A DNA stretch of 25,217 nt from a virus (IMGVR_UViG_3300020374_000657:1-25217); one strand, 5' to 3'. Shown: positions 8,987 to 17,596, counted from the first letter of the stretch. Program-made: numbers and translations. Notes: generated by a model from the sequence alone, not told the origin.

Positions 8987-10471
8987 TCAGGTTTTACATA
9001 TCACCTTATCATTAATTATTAATATATCTAAGGCCGTTCTATTAAAAGTATTTATCGCTTGTTTAGGACTCTCAACTATAGGTTCTCTACAGTTAAAACT
9101 TGTATTCAATAACATTGGTATGCCTGTTATCTTATAAAATTCATTAATAATATTGTAAAACTTTTCATTAAATTGTTTATTGACCGTTTGTATTCTTGCT
9201 GTATTATCAACGTGAGTAATGCCAGGCACCTTATCTGTTTTAACTTTACATATTCTACTCATATAAGGACTAGGTAATCTTGTATCAAAGTATTCTTTGT
9301 AGTGTTCTTCTAATACAGCAGGTGCAAATGGTCTAAAGTCTTCTCTCATCTTTATTGTATGATTGATAATATCTTTTATATCAGGATTACGTGGGTCTGC
9401 AAGTATTGATCTATTACCTAAAGCACGATTACCACTTTCAGATTTACCTTGAAACCACCCGACTATCTTACCATCAGCAATTTCTTGTGCAATTTTTTTA
9501 TAGTCAGCGTCTTCACCTACATTATGTTCGTATTCTATACCAGCAAATGTTTCTGATTTATGTATATTATTATTGATAACACAATCGGCATGCATATACG
9601 TACCTACTGCTTGACCTTCATCACCTACAGCAGGTGGTACAAATACATTCTCATAATGTTTTGTAAATTCTTCATTCATATAACCATTGTAAGCAACACC
9701 ACCTGCAATACATAAGTTATCACAACTCTTTAACGGATAGACAAATTCTTTTATTTTATCTATTGTAAATTTTTGTAGTGTATGTGCTAAATCATCTATG
9801 TTATCTATCTTAATATGTTGAAAATGTTTTTGTTTCTTTTCAGTAATAGGACCATCAAGTATAGTTTCAAATATATTGTAATAGTATTCACTATATTTAC
9901 CATACCCAACTTTACCCATTAACTTACTAGCACCTAGTGTGCCAAAACCTGTTAAGTTAGACATATGATTCCATAACCAACCGATAGGTAACTTATCTGA
10001 TAGATCAATTAAGTTTTCATCTTTATCAAAGAAGACACATCTATATTTTGAACCTATACCATCAATCGCAAGTATATCAGATTTTTCATAACCTGAATTA
10101 AGAAAAGCATATGCGGCGTGTGATTGATGATGATCTATAAAATAAATGCCATTTTTATAATAATGATCCCATAGTTTCTTTGGTTCATAATCAAATACAT
10201 CTTGTGGTAACATATCTCTACACATTCTAATACCACCATACGTATATGTAAATGCTAATACGTCATCTGTTTTTTTCCAATACTCTTTTACAAACTCATC
10301 ATTTAATCTATAGTCGCCAGGGTTTAATATATCTGATTGATGGTCATATGCCTCAGCATGATAAGGTAGATTATGTTTAAATCTAGTAAATCTTTCTCTT
10401 TGATTATGAAAGACACCATCATATGTATTGTGGTCGTGTAGATTTAATGCAACTGCAAATATTTTATGCAT
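8987..10471 (-). CDS. O-carbamoyltransferase, NodU/CmcH/TobZ family
   Basis: HHQSHA, IDGIG, KLMG, AGGVAYNG, PAVGDEG, GNRALGNRSILADP, KMREDFRPFAP, HVDNTARIQTV, LLNTSFN. Confidence 0.95.
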   Translation of the reverse strand: MHKIFAVALNLHDHNTYDGVFHNQRERFTRFKHNLPYHAEAYDHQSDILNPGDYRLNDEFVKEYWKKTDDVLAFTYTYGGIRMCRDMLPQDVFDYEPKKLWDHYYKNGIYFIDHHQSHAAYAFLNSGYEKSDILAIDGIGSKYRCVFFDKDENLIDLSDKLPIGWLWNHMSNLTGFGTLGASKLMGKVGYGKYSEYYYNIFETILDGPITEKKQKHFQHIKIDNIDDLAHTLQKFTIDKIKEFVYPLKSCDNLCIAGGVAYNGYMNEEFTKHYENVFVPPAVGDEGQAVGTYMHADCVINNNIHKSETFAGIEYEHNVGEDADYKKIAQEIADGKIVGWFQGKSESGNRALGNRSILADPRNPDIKDIINHTIKMREDFRPFAPAVLEEHYKEYFDTRLPSPYMSRICKVKTDKVPGITHVDNTARIQTVNKQFNEKFYNIINEFYKITGIPMLLNTSFNCREPIVESPKQAINTFNRTALDILIINDKVICKT

Positions 10472-11318
10472 TTAATAACCTCGCATATTTTCTCATAGGA
10501 AAATGACCTTGAGGTTCAACCCATTCCATACATGTTTTACAATAATTCTCATATTTAAATAATCTAAAATTCATCATCTTGTCTATATTTTCTTGTGTAA
10601 TCTCAAAGTTCTTTGAAACAATAGAATTGTTAGCAAACTTTTTACTACAATGTACTATATGCCTTTTCTCAAAATCAATAACAGGTACCATAGGAAAGGC
10701 TGCACACATCTTACGATCTATTTCAGCTGCTTGAGTATGTACTTCTAATATATCATCTTTGTTAGGTGTTCTACCATTAAATGATTTCCACATTGTATTC
10801 TTGTGATCTAACTGTTTCATTTCTTCAGGAAACAGATGTTTATATTTAAAAAAGTTAGGTGTCTTTACACATAGATTGAAATTATTATAATCATTTTCTT
10901 TTATGAAACCATAAGGTGGTAGTAAATCTAAACTACCAAGTTTTTTGATACCGTCTTCGTAAAAATCTAATATGTTATGTTCAACATAAAGTATTTCAGG
11001 ATCTTTTAGTATATGTGGATATCTTTTACGTACAAAAGAGTTTGATAGTACCGAACACACATGATTAGGATTCTTTTTAACTTCAGCAATCACATCATCT
11101 AAATTTTTTATTAGACCAGGTTCACCACCTAGTAAACAAACACGTATTTTATAATTTCTTAAATAGTGTAATGTTTGTTTTAAGAAATCCATATCAACTG
11201 TTAAGTTTCTCATCTCTAAAGTATAAGATGTACAATAATGACAATCTTTATTACATGACATTGACATAAAGAAGTCTATGGCTAAATAATTTTCTTGTAT
11301 TTCAGATAGTGTTTTCAT
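10464..11318 (-). CDS. radical SAM protein with C-terminal Cys motif
   Basis: CNKDCHYC, LLGGEPG; C-terminal C...HC...CKTC is twitch-like. Confidence 0.85.
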   Translation of the reverse strand: MKTLSEIQENYLAIDFFMSMSCNKDCHYCTSYTLEMRNLTVDMDFLKQTLHYLRNYKIRVCLLGGEPGLIKNLDDVIAEVKKNPNHVCSVLSNSFVRKRYPHILKDPEILYVEHNILDFYEDGIKKLGSLDLLPPYGFIKENDYNNFNLCVKTPNFFKYKHLFPEEMKQLDHKNTMWKSFNGRTPNKDDILEVHTQAAEIDRKMCAAFPMVPVIDFEKRHIVHCSKKFANNSIVSKNFEITQENIDKMMNFRLFKYENYCKTCMEWVEPQGHFPMRKYARLLNA

Positions 11319-12564
11319 AAAACTTATTAAATGCTATTTTTAACTTTCTTTTATTTTTAAATGGTTCTTCTTCTAAATAACCTGGTGTTTGATATATCTT
11401 CTCTACAATATAATCATAGATAGGTTCAGTAGTTTCATTTAAAAGATTTTTATCAAACAGATCATCGCCTAATATCTTTTTCATATCTTCTACAAATTGA
11501 TCTTTCTTATGTTCTAATGTAATGATAATTGTATTAATAATTTTATTTACTTCTTGTTTAGTCATCCATGGGTGTATAGGTAAAGACAATATAGTATCAC
11601 AAACTATTTTGCTTATAAACATATCATCTGCTCTATGTTCTATTTCTCTATACATTTTGTTTTCAGATAAAGGTAGATCATAATGTACTTTTGCGTCTAA
11701 TACTTTTTTAAGATTATCTCTAACTTTTTTATTCTGTAATCTGATTACATATTTGTGATAGTTATGATCTAAACCGTTTGTTGTAGGTTGTATTGTAACA
11801 TATTCTTGTAATTGTTCATCATACATTTTAGCAATTTCTTGTCTTTTAGATTGCCATTCTTTCATCTTATTTAATCTAAAATTAATAAACTCAGCATTTA
11901 TTAATAACATTTTAGAGTTATAACCTAACATCTCACGCTCACCATGTTTTCTTAACTTCTTAAACATCTCTGCTTTTTCTTTGTCATCTGTACAGATAGC
12001 GCCGCCACCTGCAATCCCAGCAACAACTTTGTTTGCATTGAAACTTAATGTTGATATGTCACCTATTGATCCTGCCTTAACACCATTTAGACTTGCACCT
12101 AATGATTGAGCTGCGTCTTCAATAAATGCAATATTCTTTTCTTTACAAAATTCTAATATCTCTTTTGTATCTGACATGTTACCAAATAGATGTGGATAAA
12201 CAATTGCTCTTACTTTGTCTGAATACATACGTTTAATACTATCTAACGACATATGATAAGACAGCACTTCAATCTCACAAAATACAGGTGTTGCACCGAC
12301 CATAGATACACAAGACGCTGTAGATATCCATGAGAATTGTGGTACTAATACCTCATCACCTTTTCTTATGCCTAAACTTCTTAAAGCAAAATGTAATGCG
12401 TCTGTGCCGTTACTACATGCAACAACATATTTTCTGCCTGTGAGTAATTTAAGTTTGTCTTCTAAAAACTCAACGTTTGCTTCTTGTTCTTTTTGCATTG
12501 ACTTTTCAAAAAGTTGTAGATAATCAACTTTGTTTTCTCTAAAATCTCTATCCCAACCTGTCAT
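11302..12564 (-). CDS. DegT/DnrJ/EryC1/StrS PLP-dependent sugar aminotransferase
   Basis: SNGTDAL, GDEVLVP, VGATPVF, HLFG, IEDAAQSLG, SFNANK (PLP Lys), GGGAI, GYNS, LSLPIHP. Confidence 0.95.
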   Translation of the reverse strand: MTGWDRDFRENKVDYLQLFEKSMQKEQEANVEFLEDKLKLLTGRKYVVACSNGTDALHFALRSLGIRKGDEVLVPQFSWISTASCVSMVGATPVFCEIEVLSYHMSLDSIKRMYSDKVRAIVYPHLFGNMSDTKEILEFCKEKNIAFIEDAAQSLGASLNGVKAGSIGDISTLSFNANKVVAGIAGGGAICTDDKEKAEMFKKLRKHGEREMLGYNSKMLLINAEFINFRLNKMKEWQSKRQEIAKMYDEQLQEYVTIQPTTNGLDHNYHKYVIRLQNKKVRDNLKKVLDAKVHYDLPLSENKMYREIEHRADDMFISKIVCDTILSLPIHPWMTKQEVNKIINTIIITLEHKKDQFVEDMKKILGDDLFDKNLLNETTEPIYDYIVEKIYQTPGYLEEEPFKNKRKLKIAFNKFYENTI

Positions 12565-13369
12565 ATATAAACCTCGCTAGTTTTTCTTGTCCTTGTTTAT
12601 TAGGGTGTAAATCTAAACTTGATATTCTGTCTGTATTTGATTCTATTGCCTTTTCACTTATATTAAAACCCATCAATCTTTTATCTGTAGGCCAACCTAT
12701 AAAGTTATTATTAATAATTTCGTAGTATGGACTATTATGTATTTGTGCCAAGTATTTCTTTTCTTGTGTTTCTTTCCAATGTTTTTCTTCTTTTGTAAGA
12801 TCAGCAGCCTTGTTTAATATAGGTACTTGTTTAGTTTCATCTTCTGGCCAGTCTTTTGTTCTTCTTCTAATTAGTTCTTGCCATAGATAACCTTTAAACA
12901 AGTCTATCATTTGAAACTGTTTATAAGGTAATTTTAAATTTTCACAAACCATCTGAAGACTATAATAATATCTTAATGATCTATCTATCCAGTAATACAT
13001 ACAACCTTTTGAATCATACATATCATTTGTCCATTTAATCTTTTGAATCATATCATTCTCATTATACGTCCATTTTCTATTTTTTAAATATAAACTTTCT
13101 ATCTGATAGTCACGTCTAGGTGCTGTACTCCAAGCTGCGATAACTAAACCTATTTTAGAGTGATCAATAGTTTGTAATTTATCAATTATATTACTATAGA
13201 TATATTCTTGTCCTGCACCCGACTCACTTAAATTTACAAGTTGCATATCTAACTTTTCAGCAAGTAATTGTGGCCATTTAGGCCAACTAACATCTAAATC
13301 TGGATGATGTACTGATCTAAATCTATCGTTTGAATAACTACAACCACCAACTAATAATATTTTTTTCAT
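12548..13369 (-). CDS. SGNH/GDSL-hydrolase-like protein
   Basis: GGCSYS (block I-like), WPQLLA, NLSESGAG, DLHPNKQG (DxHP). Confidence 0.65.
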   Translation of the reverse strand: MKKILLVGGCSYSNDRFRSVHHPDLDVSWPKWPQLLAEKLDMQLVNLSESGAGQEYIYSNIIDKLQTIDHSKIGLVIAAWSTAPRRDYQIESLYLKNRKWTYNENDMIQKIKWTNDMYDSKGCMYYWIDRSLRYYYSLQMVCENLKLPYKQFQMIDLFKGYLWQELIRRRTKDWPEDETKQVPILNKAADLTKEEKHWKETQEKKYLAQIHNSPYYEIINNNFIGWPTDKRLMGFNISEKAIESNTDRISSLDLHPNKQGQEKLARFIYDRLG

Positions 13370-13374
13370 TAATT

Positions 13375-13746
13375 TTATTTTTGGTTTCCTCCAGTTGATG
13401 GTACACCATCTATTTCTTCTATTTTTGTTCTATCTCTACCTGTTCTTTTTTTACAATGAGTAATACAGACAGGTACGACTTTATCAATATTTTTTTCTGC
13501 TAAATCTTTTGCAAACTGTTGCCATTCTTTTGTTAATAATATTTCTTCAATACTATTATAATCACTTACTTTACTAACTTTTAACATCTGTTTCATAATA
13601 GGATGTTTCAATGCTTTTGCTTGATCCATCCAACAACAAGGTATTAGTTCTCCTCTATTTGTCATAGCAGGCGACATGCGATATTCTATTGAACCATGTT
13701 TTGGCATACATCTAGGTTCCAATATTATTTTTTTATCATAGGGCAT
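13375..13746 (-). CDS. stand-alone SPASM/twitch-like Fe-S protein
   Basis: PRC...NRGELIPCC...CITHC Cys spacing, with no radical SAM core. Confidence 0.55.
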   Translation of the reverse strand: MPYDKKIILEPRCMPKHGSIEYRMSPAMTNRGELIPCCWMDQAKALKHPIMKQMLKVSKVSDYNSIEEILLTKEWQQFAKDLAEKNIDKVVPVCITHCKKRTGRDRTKIEEIDGVPSTGGNQK

Positions 13747-14398
13747 TAAGTGCTACCTCTTTATTTTTTGGTTTCAATGGGTCGTCATCACCTTCCCAAC
13801 GTGATGATTGTATTAACATAAATGGTACATCAACTTCTTTTGCTAATTTTTTTGCTTGTTCTATATGAGTTTCATTATAACTAAACACAATGTATTGCCA
13901 GATCGGTTTATTTTTTAAATATTTTTTACTCTCTACCATTATATTAAATAGTTTTTCACCGTCTTGGTTTACACGATACATATGACTTTCTTCAGGCAGA
14001 CCATCTATACCAAATATCCATTCAGCGTCTGGATTTGCTTTGAAACATTTTATATAATATTCTTTAGATTTAGCTGAGGCTGCGTTATGTATTTCACATC
14101 TTACATTTTTCTTACGTAACATTTCTAATATCTTTGAAAATTTAGGGTGATGAACAGGATCAGATAACTGACCACAAAATCTAAAGTCATTATAGAAGTC
14201 AGATATTTTATCTATTTCTTCTAAAGTAAGATCACGTCCTGGTACTTTAAGACCATTGTTACGCCATTGTCTTTGTCTTTGACATCTAGGACATTCAAGT
14301 GGGCACCTAAAACCAATGTCAATATTTAATGATTTTCTATTCATAAAATATTGTATATCTTTAGTTATATCTAACTCTTTTTGTGTTTTATTGCTCAT
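13736..14398 (-). CDS. radical SAM protein (core only)
   Basis: CPLECPRC, FCGQLSDP (GGEP equivalent), FGIDG, WQYIVF.YNE. Confidence 0.85.
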   Translation of the reverse strand: MSNKTQKELDITKDIQYFMNRKSLNIDIGFRCPLECPRCQRQRQWRNNGLKVPGRDLTLEEIDKISDFYNDFRFCGQLSDPVHHPKFSKILEMLRKKNVRCEIHNAASAKSKEYYIKCFKANPDAEWIFGIDGLPEESHMYRVNQDGEKLFNIMVESKKYLKNKPIWQYIVFSYNETHIEQAKKLAKEVDVPFMLIQSSRWEGDDDPLKPKNKEVALNAL

Positions 14399-15255
14399 AT
14401 CAATTTCAATAAATTTTTTAACTTATCTTTACTTTGTGTTAGGCAGATAACAGGTCTATTCCAATAAACCGTTCCGCCATCTTGCTTATATTTATCCCTT
14501 AAATAAATGACCTCTTTTTTGAGCCATCTAAATTCCATGAATAGTCTAGGTGCAGGATCAAAGTTAGGTTTTGTGTAAACATATGTTTCAAATTTACCTA
14601 GTATATTTGTAATTGGCACTATTAGATTGTTTAGTTTAGGGTTTATAAATTTGTCATTGTAAGTTATAATACCATGATCGGAATAATTGTGTATGTGTTT
14701 TTCTACTTCTCTATAGTATATTTCATTTGTGCCTAAAAACAAATACTTAAATTGTATATCTTCTTTTACAGGTTTGTATATACTAAAGTTAATTATCTTT
14801 TCAAATTGTTCTCCTACACCATTGACATATACATCATGGTCACATAAATCGTAAACTTTTTTAGGTTTGAAATATTGTAACGCAATAGGATATTCTCTAA
14901 CATGATTTTCAGAATATACAGATATAAGATTACCACTAAACAATAAATGTAAAGTTAGAAGTTGATCATTATTGTAAGTATGTTTATTTAAGTATGCTAA
15001 AGTTATTTGACTTCTACCCATAATCAATGTTATATCATTTGACGTAGGTGTGTAAAGATCAAATACTACATTTTCATATTTGACATAACATTCATTTAGA
15101 GCATTGATATAAGATTGTTCAGAAAATCTATGGTCTCTTATGATTATCAGTTTTGTTTTTACACCTAAATCATTTAGAAAACAACAATGCTCATAACTAT
15201 AATGTAGAAGGCCATCACCAGGCTTACTTGTACATACTATATTTACATTTTTCAT
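14395..15255 (-). CDS. hypothetical protein, possibly degenerate GT-B glycosyltransferase
   Basis: 286 aa first gene of the inverted operon. FDPAPRLFME...KKEV weakly resembles the GT-B C-terminal motif. Confidence 0.45.
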   Translation of the reverse strand: MKNVNIVCTSKPGDGLLHYSYEHCCFLNDLGVKTKLIIIRDHRFSEQSYINALNECYVKYENVVFDLYTPTSNDITLIMGRSQITLAYLNKHTYNNDQLLTLHLLFSGNLISVYSENHVREYPIALQYFKPKKVYDLCDHDVYVNGVGEQFEKIINFSIYKPVKEDIQFKYLFLGTNEIYYREVEKHIHNYSDHGIITYNDKFINPKLNNLIVPITNILGKFETYVYTKPNFDPAPRLFMEFRWLKKEVIYLRDKYKQDGGTVYWNRPVICLTQSKDKLKNLLKLI

Positions 15256-15260
15256 ATCAT

Positions 15261-15289
15261 ATTATATCATATTTTAACGTATCCGTCAA
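15261..15289 (-). promoter_or_regulatory. sigma70-type (early) promoter of the inverted operon
   Basis: Minus strand TTGACG (15289-15284), 17-nt spacer, TATAAT (15266-15261), preceded by TGn (extended -10); 5 nt to ATG 15255. Confidence 0.8.
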
Positions 15290-15299
15290 TTAGTTACAC

Positions 15300-15316
15300 T
15301 ATTTATTAACTAAATA
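15300..15316. promoter_or_regulatory. back-to-back late-promoter-like motifs
   Basis: AATAAATA on minus (15307-15300) and ACTAAATA on plus (15309-15316), forming TATTTA-N5-TAAATA. The plus copy is 5 nt before ATG 15322. Confidence 0.5.
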
Positions 15317-15321
15317 ACTAT

Positions 15322-16491
15322 ATGATTTTAGACCAAAATATAGACTTTTCCAAGTTAAGAACATACAGATTAGATAGAGTAAAAAAAGAGCTAGAAAAAC
15401 AAAATATAGAAGCCTGTATATTGTTTGATCCAGTTAATGTTAGATATGCTTTAGATACAACTAATATGAGTGTTTACAATTTGCATAATTTAACAAGATA
15501 TTGTTTTATACCAGTAAATGGACCAGTAATTCTGTATGAGTTTTTTGGTTGTGAAAATAACGCTAAACATTTAAATCTAATTGACGAAATAAGACCTGCA
15601 ATCACATGGGATTATTTTAGTCATGGAGATCAGGCAGAAAAAGAATTAAAAAAATGGGTTAATGATGTAAAAGATTTATCAAAATATTTTAAAAGTAAAA
15701 AAGTCGCAATTGATGTAATTAATGGACCTGCTGTTACAGCATTGAATAAAGAAGGTATTGAAGTAGTTGACGCCAAATCAGTACTTGAACAAGCTAGAGT
15801 TATTAAATCACCAGAGGAACTAAAATGTATTAAAGAAGCAGTGAAAGTTGTAGAAATTGGTGTTACAAGAATGAGAGAAGAATTAAGAGCTGGCATGACA
15901 GAAAATCAGTTATGGTCAATTTTACATAAAACAAATATTGAATATGGTGGTGAATGGATAGAAGGCAGATTATTAGCTTCAGGTCATAGAACAAATCCTT
16001 GGATGCAAGAATGTAGTCACAAAGTTATTGAAAAAGGAGAAATAGTAACCTTTGATACAGATACGGTTGCGTCTTATGGATACTTGGCTGATTTTTCCAG
16101 AGCTTTCGTTGAGGGTCACAAGTTTAATGATGATCAAAAAAAATTATATTCAATTGCTATTGAACAAATAAATCACAATTCCGAATTGATTAAACCTGGT
16201 TTATCATTTAAAGAGTTTTTATCTAAATGTTATAAACTTCCAGAACCTTATTATGGTAATCGTTATCCTGCCATAGTTCATGGCACTGGTCTTTGTGATG
16301 AATGGCCATTTATTAAATGGAATACAGACGGTGGTGAACAAAGTGAACAATTTAAAAAAGATATGACTATTTCAGTTGAGGCATATGTAGGTGAAGTTGG
16401 TGGTAAAGAAGGTGTTAAATTAGAACAACAATTTTATGTTGGTGAAAATGGACTTGAATTATTGTCCCACCATCCATTAGAAGATTTATAA
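15322..16491 (+). CDS. M24 metallopeptidase-fold protein, DddP (DMSP lyase)-like
   Basis: LFDPVNVRYALDTTNM, GGEWIEGRLLASGHRTNPWMQEC, FDTD, DFSR, HGTGLCDEWP, VEAYVG, KLEQ closely follow motifs I recall for DddP; metal ligands D,D,H,E,E are present. Confidence 0.8.
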   Translation: MILDQNIDFSKLRTYRLDRVKKELEKQNIEACILFDPVNVRYALDTTNMSVYNLHNLTRYCFIPVNGPVILYEFFGCENNAKHLNLIDEIRPAITWDYFSHGDQAEKELKKWVNDVKDLSKYFKSKKVAIDVINGPAVTALNKEGIEVVDAKSVLEQARVIKSPEELKCIKEAVKVVEIGVTRMREELRAGMTENQLWSILHKTNIEYGGEWIEGRLLASGHRTNPWMQECSHKVIEKGEIVTFDTDTVASYGYLADFSRAFVEGHKFNDDQKKLYSIAIEQINHNSELIKPGLSFKEFLSKCYKLPEPYYGNRYPAIVHGTGLCDEWPFIKWNTDGGEQSEQFKKDMTISVEAYVGEVGGKEGVKLEQQFYVGENGLELLSHHPLEDL

Positions 16492-16506
16492 TGTTAAGGA
16501 TTTGTA

Positions 16507-17580
16507 ATGTTATTTGCAGACAATATAGATAGAAAACTTTTACCTAAAAATATTCTTATATTAAATGCTCGTAGAAAAACTGAAACTCTAGTAGAGTTTT
16601 GTTTAAAGTACGGCATTAATTTTAAGATGTTTGAAGAACATAAGAATAGTCATTTTAATATAAGTCCAAAATTAAAACCATACACTACATTTCTTCCAAA
16701 AGAACAATTACTTGATCCTCAATATTATATAAAAAATATAGATTTTGTACCTGAATATATTATCAATTTTAGAGATGAGGAACCATCAGTTAAATTAGAA
16801 TATGAACTTATGAAATATTGGAAACCTAAAACACAATTTGATGAAAGGGCTTTAAAGTTTTTTGTATCTAAAAAAGAACAAGACCGAGTATGTAAATTGA
16901 TGGGTATACCTACTTTAGATGAAGGAGGTCCTGATGATAAAATTATAGTAAAAACAGATTTAGGTAATTCTGGTGGTGGTACTGGTTATAAAATTGTTGA
17001 CGCTAAAAAAAATCATATAGTACAACCAAATGATTTTATACAAAGATATATTGATTATGATTATGAAATCATGCAACACTTTATAATTGATAATGATGGT
17101 GAGTATCATATATATAATCATAGTATAGGTAAATTTGGGGATGGTTTTATTGTACCTAATAATGTTCCATATCTATATCAATATCCATTTGTTGATTTTC
17201 CAAAAGAAGAAATTGCTTTAATAGAGAGTTTTTTTACAAAATTAAAAGAACATATAAGTGTTAGAAACAGGATAGGGATTACAGAATTTTCTAAAGAAAG
17301 AAAGACTGGCAAATTACATTTCCAAGAATTTAATTGTAGACCTTCTGGTGAATTTGAAATAGGAACGTTTGATTGGAAGATAGGTAAATTTAATACACTA
17401 GTAGATTATTTTACAAATAACATACCAAAAGAAATAGAATACTATCAACAAAATACAGAAATATATTTTGATAATGTTCGTAATAATGAAAAATTTGGTT
17501 GGGGAACGGAAGATGGTTTAAAAATAACAAGTTTACCCTATTCAGAAACAATAAAAGTATTTAATACAAAGTCAAAATAG
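16507..17580 (+). CDS. ATP-grasp fold protein
   Basis: SKKEQ, IIVK..GNSGGGTG Gly loop, FIQRYID, QEFNCRP (E-x-N-x-R-P). Confidence 0.75.
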   Translation: MLFADNIDRKLLPKNILILNARRKTETLVEFCLKYGINFKMFEEHKNSHFNISPKLKPYTTFLPKEQLLDPQYYIKNIDFVPEYIINFRDEEPSVKLEYELMKYWKPKTQFDERALKFFVSKKEQDRVCKLMGIPTLDEGGPDDKIIVKTDLGNSGGGTGYKIVDAKKNHIVQPNDFIQRYIDYDYEIMQHFIIDNDGEYHIYNHSIGKFGDGFIVPNNVPYLYQYPFVDFPKEEIALIESFFTKLKEHISVRNRIGITEFSKERKTGKLHFQEFNCRPSGEFEIGTFDWKIGKFNTLVDYFTNNIPKEIEYYQQNTEIYFDNVRNNEKFGWGTEDGLKITSLPYSETIKVFNTKSK

Positions 17581-17583
17581 TTG

Positions 17584-17591
17584 TATAAATA
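17584..17591 (+). promoter_or_regulatory. T4-like late promoter TATAAATA
   Basis: Exact consensus, intergenic, 5 nt before ATG 17597 at the start of the structural block. Confidence 0.8.
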
Positions 17592-17596
17592 GTAGT

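Noticed and set aside
8124-11318. 7-deazaguanine DNA modification pathway (QueC + QueE)
   Set aside because: No folE, queD or dpdA in the window, and the rSAMs lack recognisable QueE features; not supportable here.
897-15896. Short ORFs at 897, 1113, 4491, 4916, 7457, 8904, 9391, 15630
   Set aside because: All lie antisense to well-supported enzyme genes; no motifs.
3717-17580. RiPP cluster (rSAM/SPASM, nitroreductase, ATP-grasp, peptidase)
   Set aside because: No precursor peptide ORF, RRE/PqqD, YcaO or transporter seen; sugar enzymes dominate. Not excluded if a precursor lies elsewhere.
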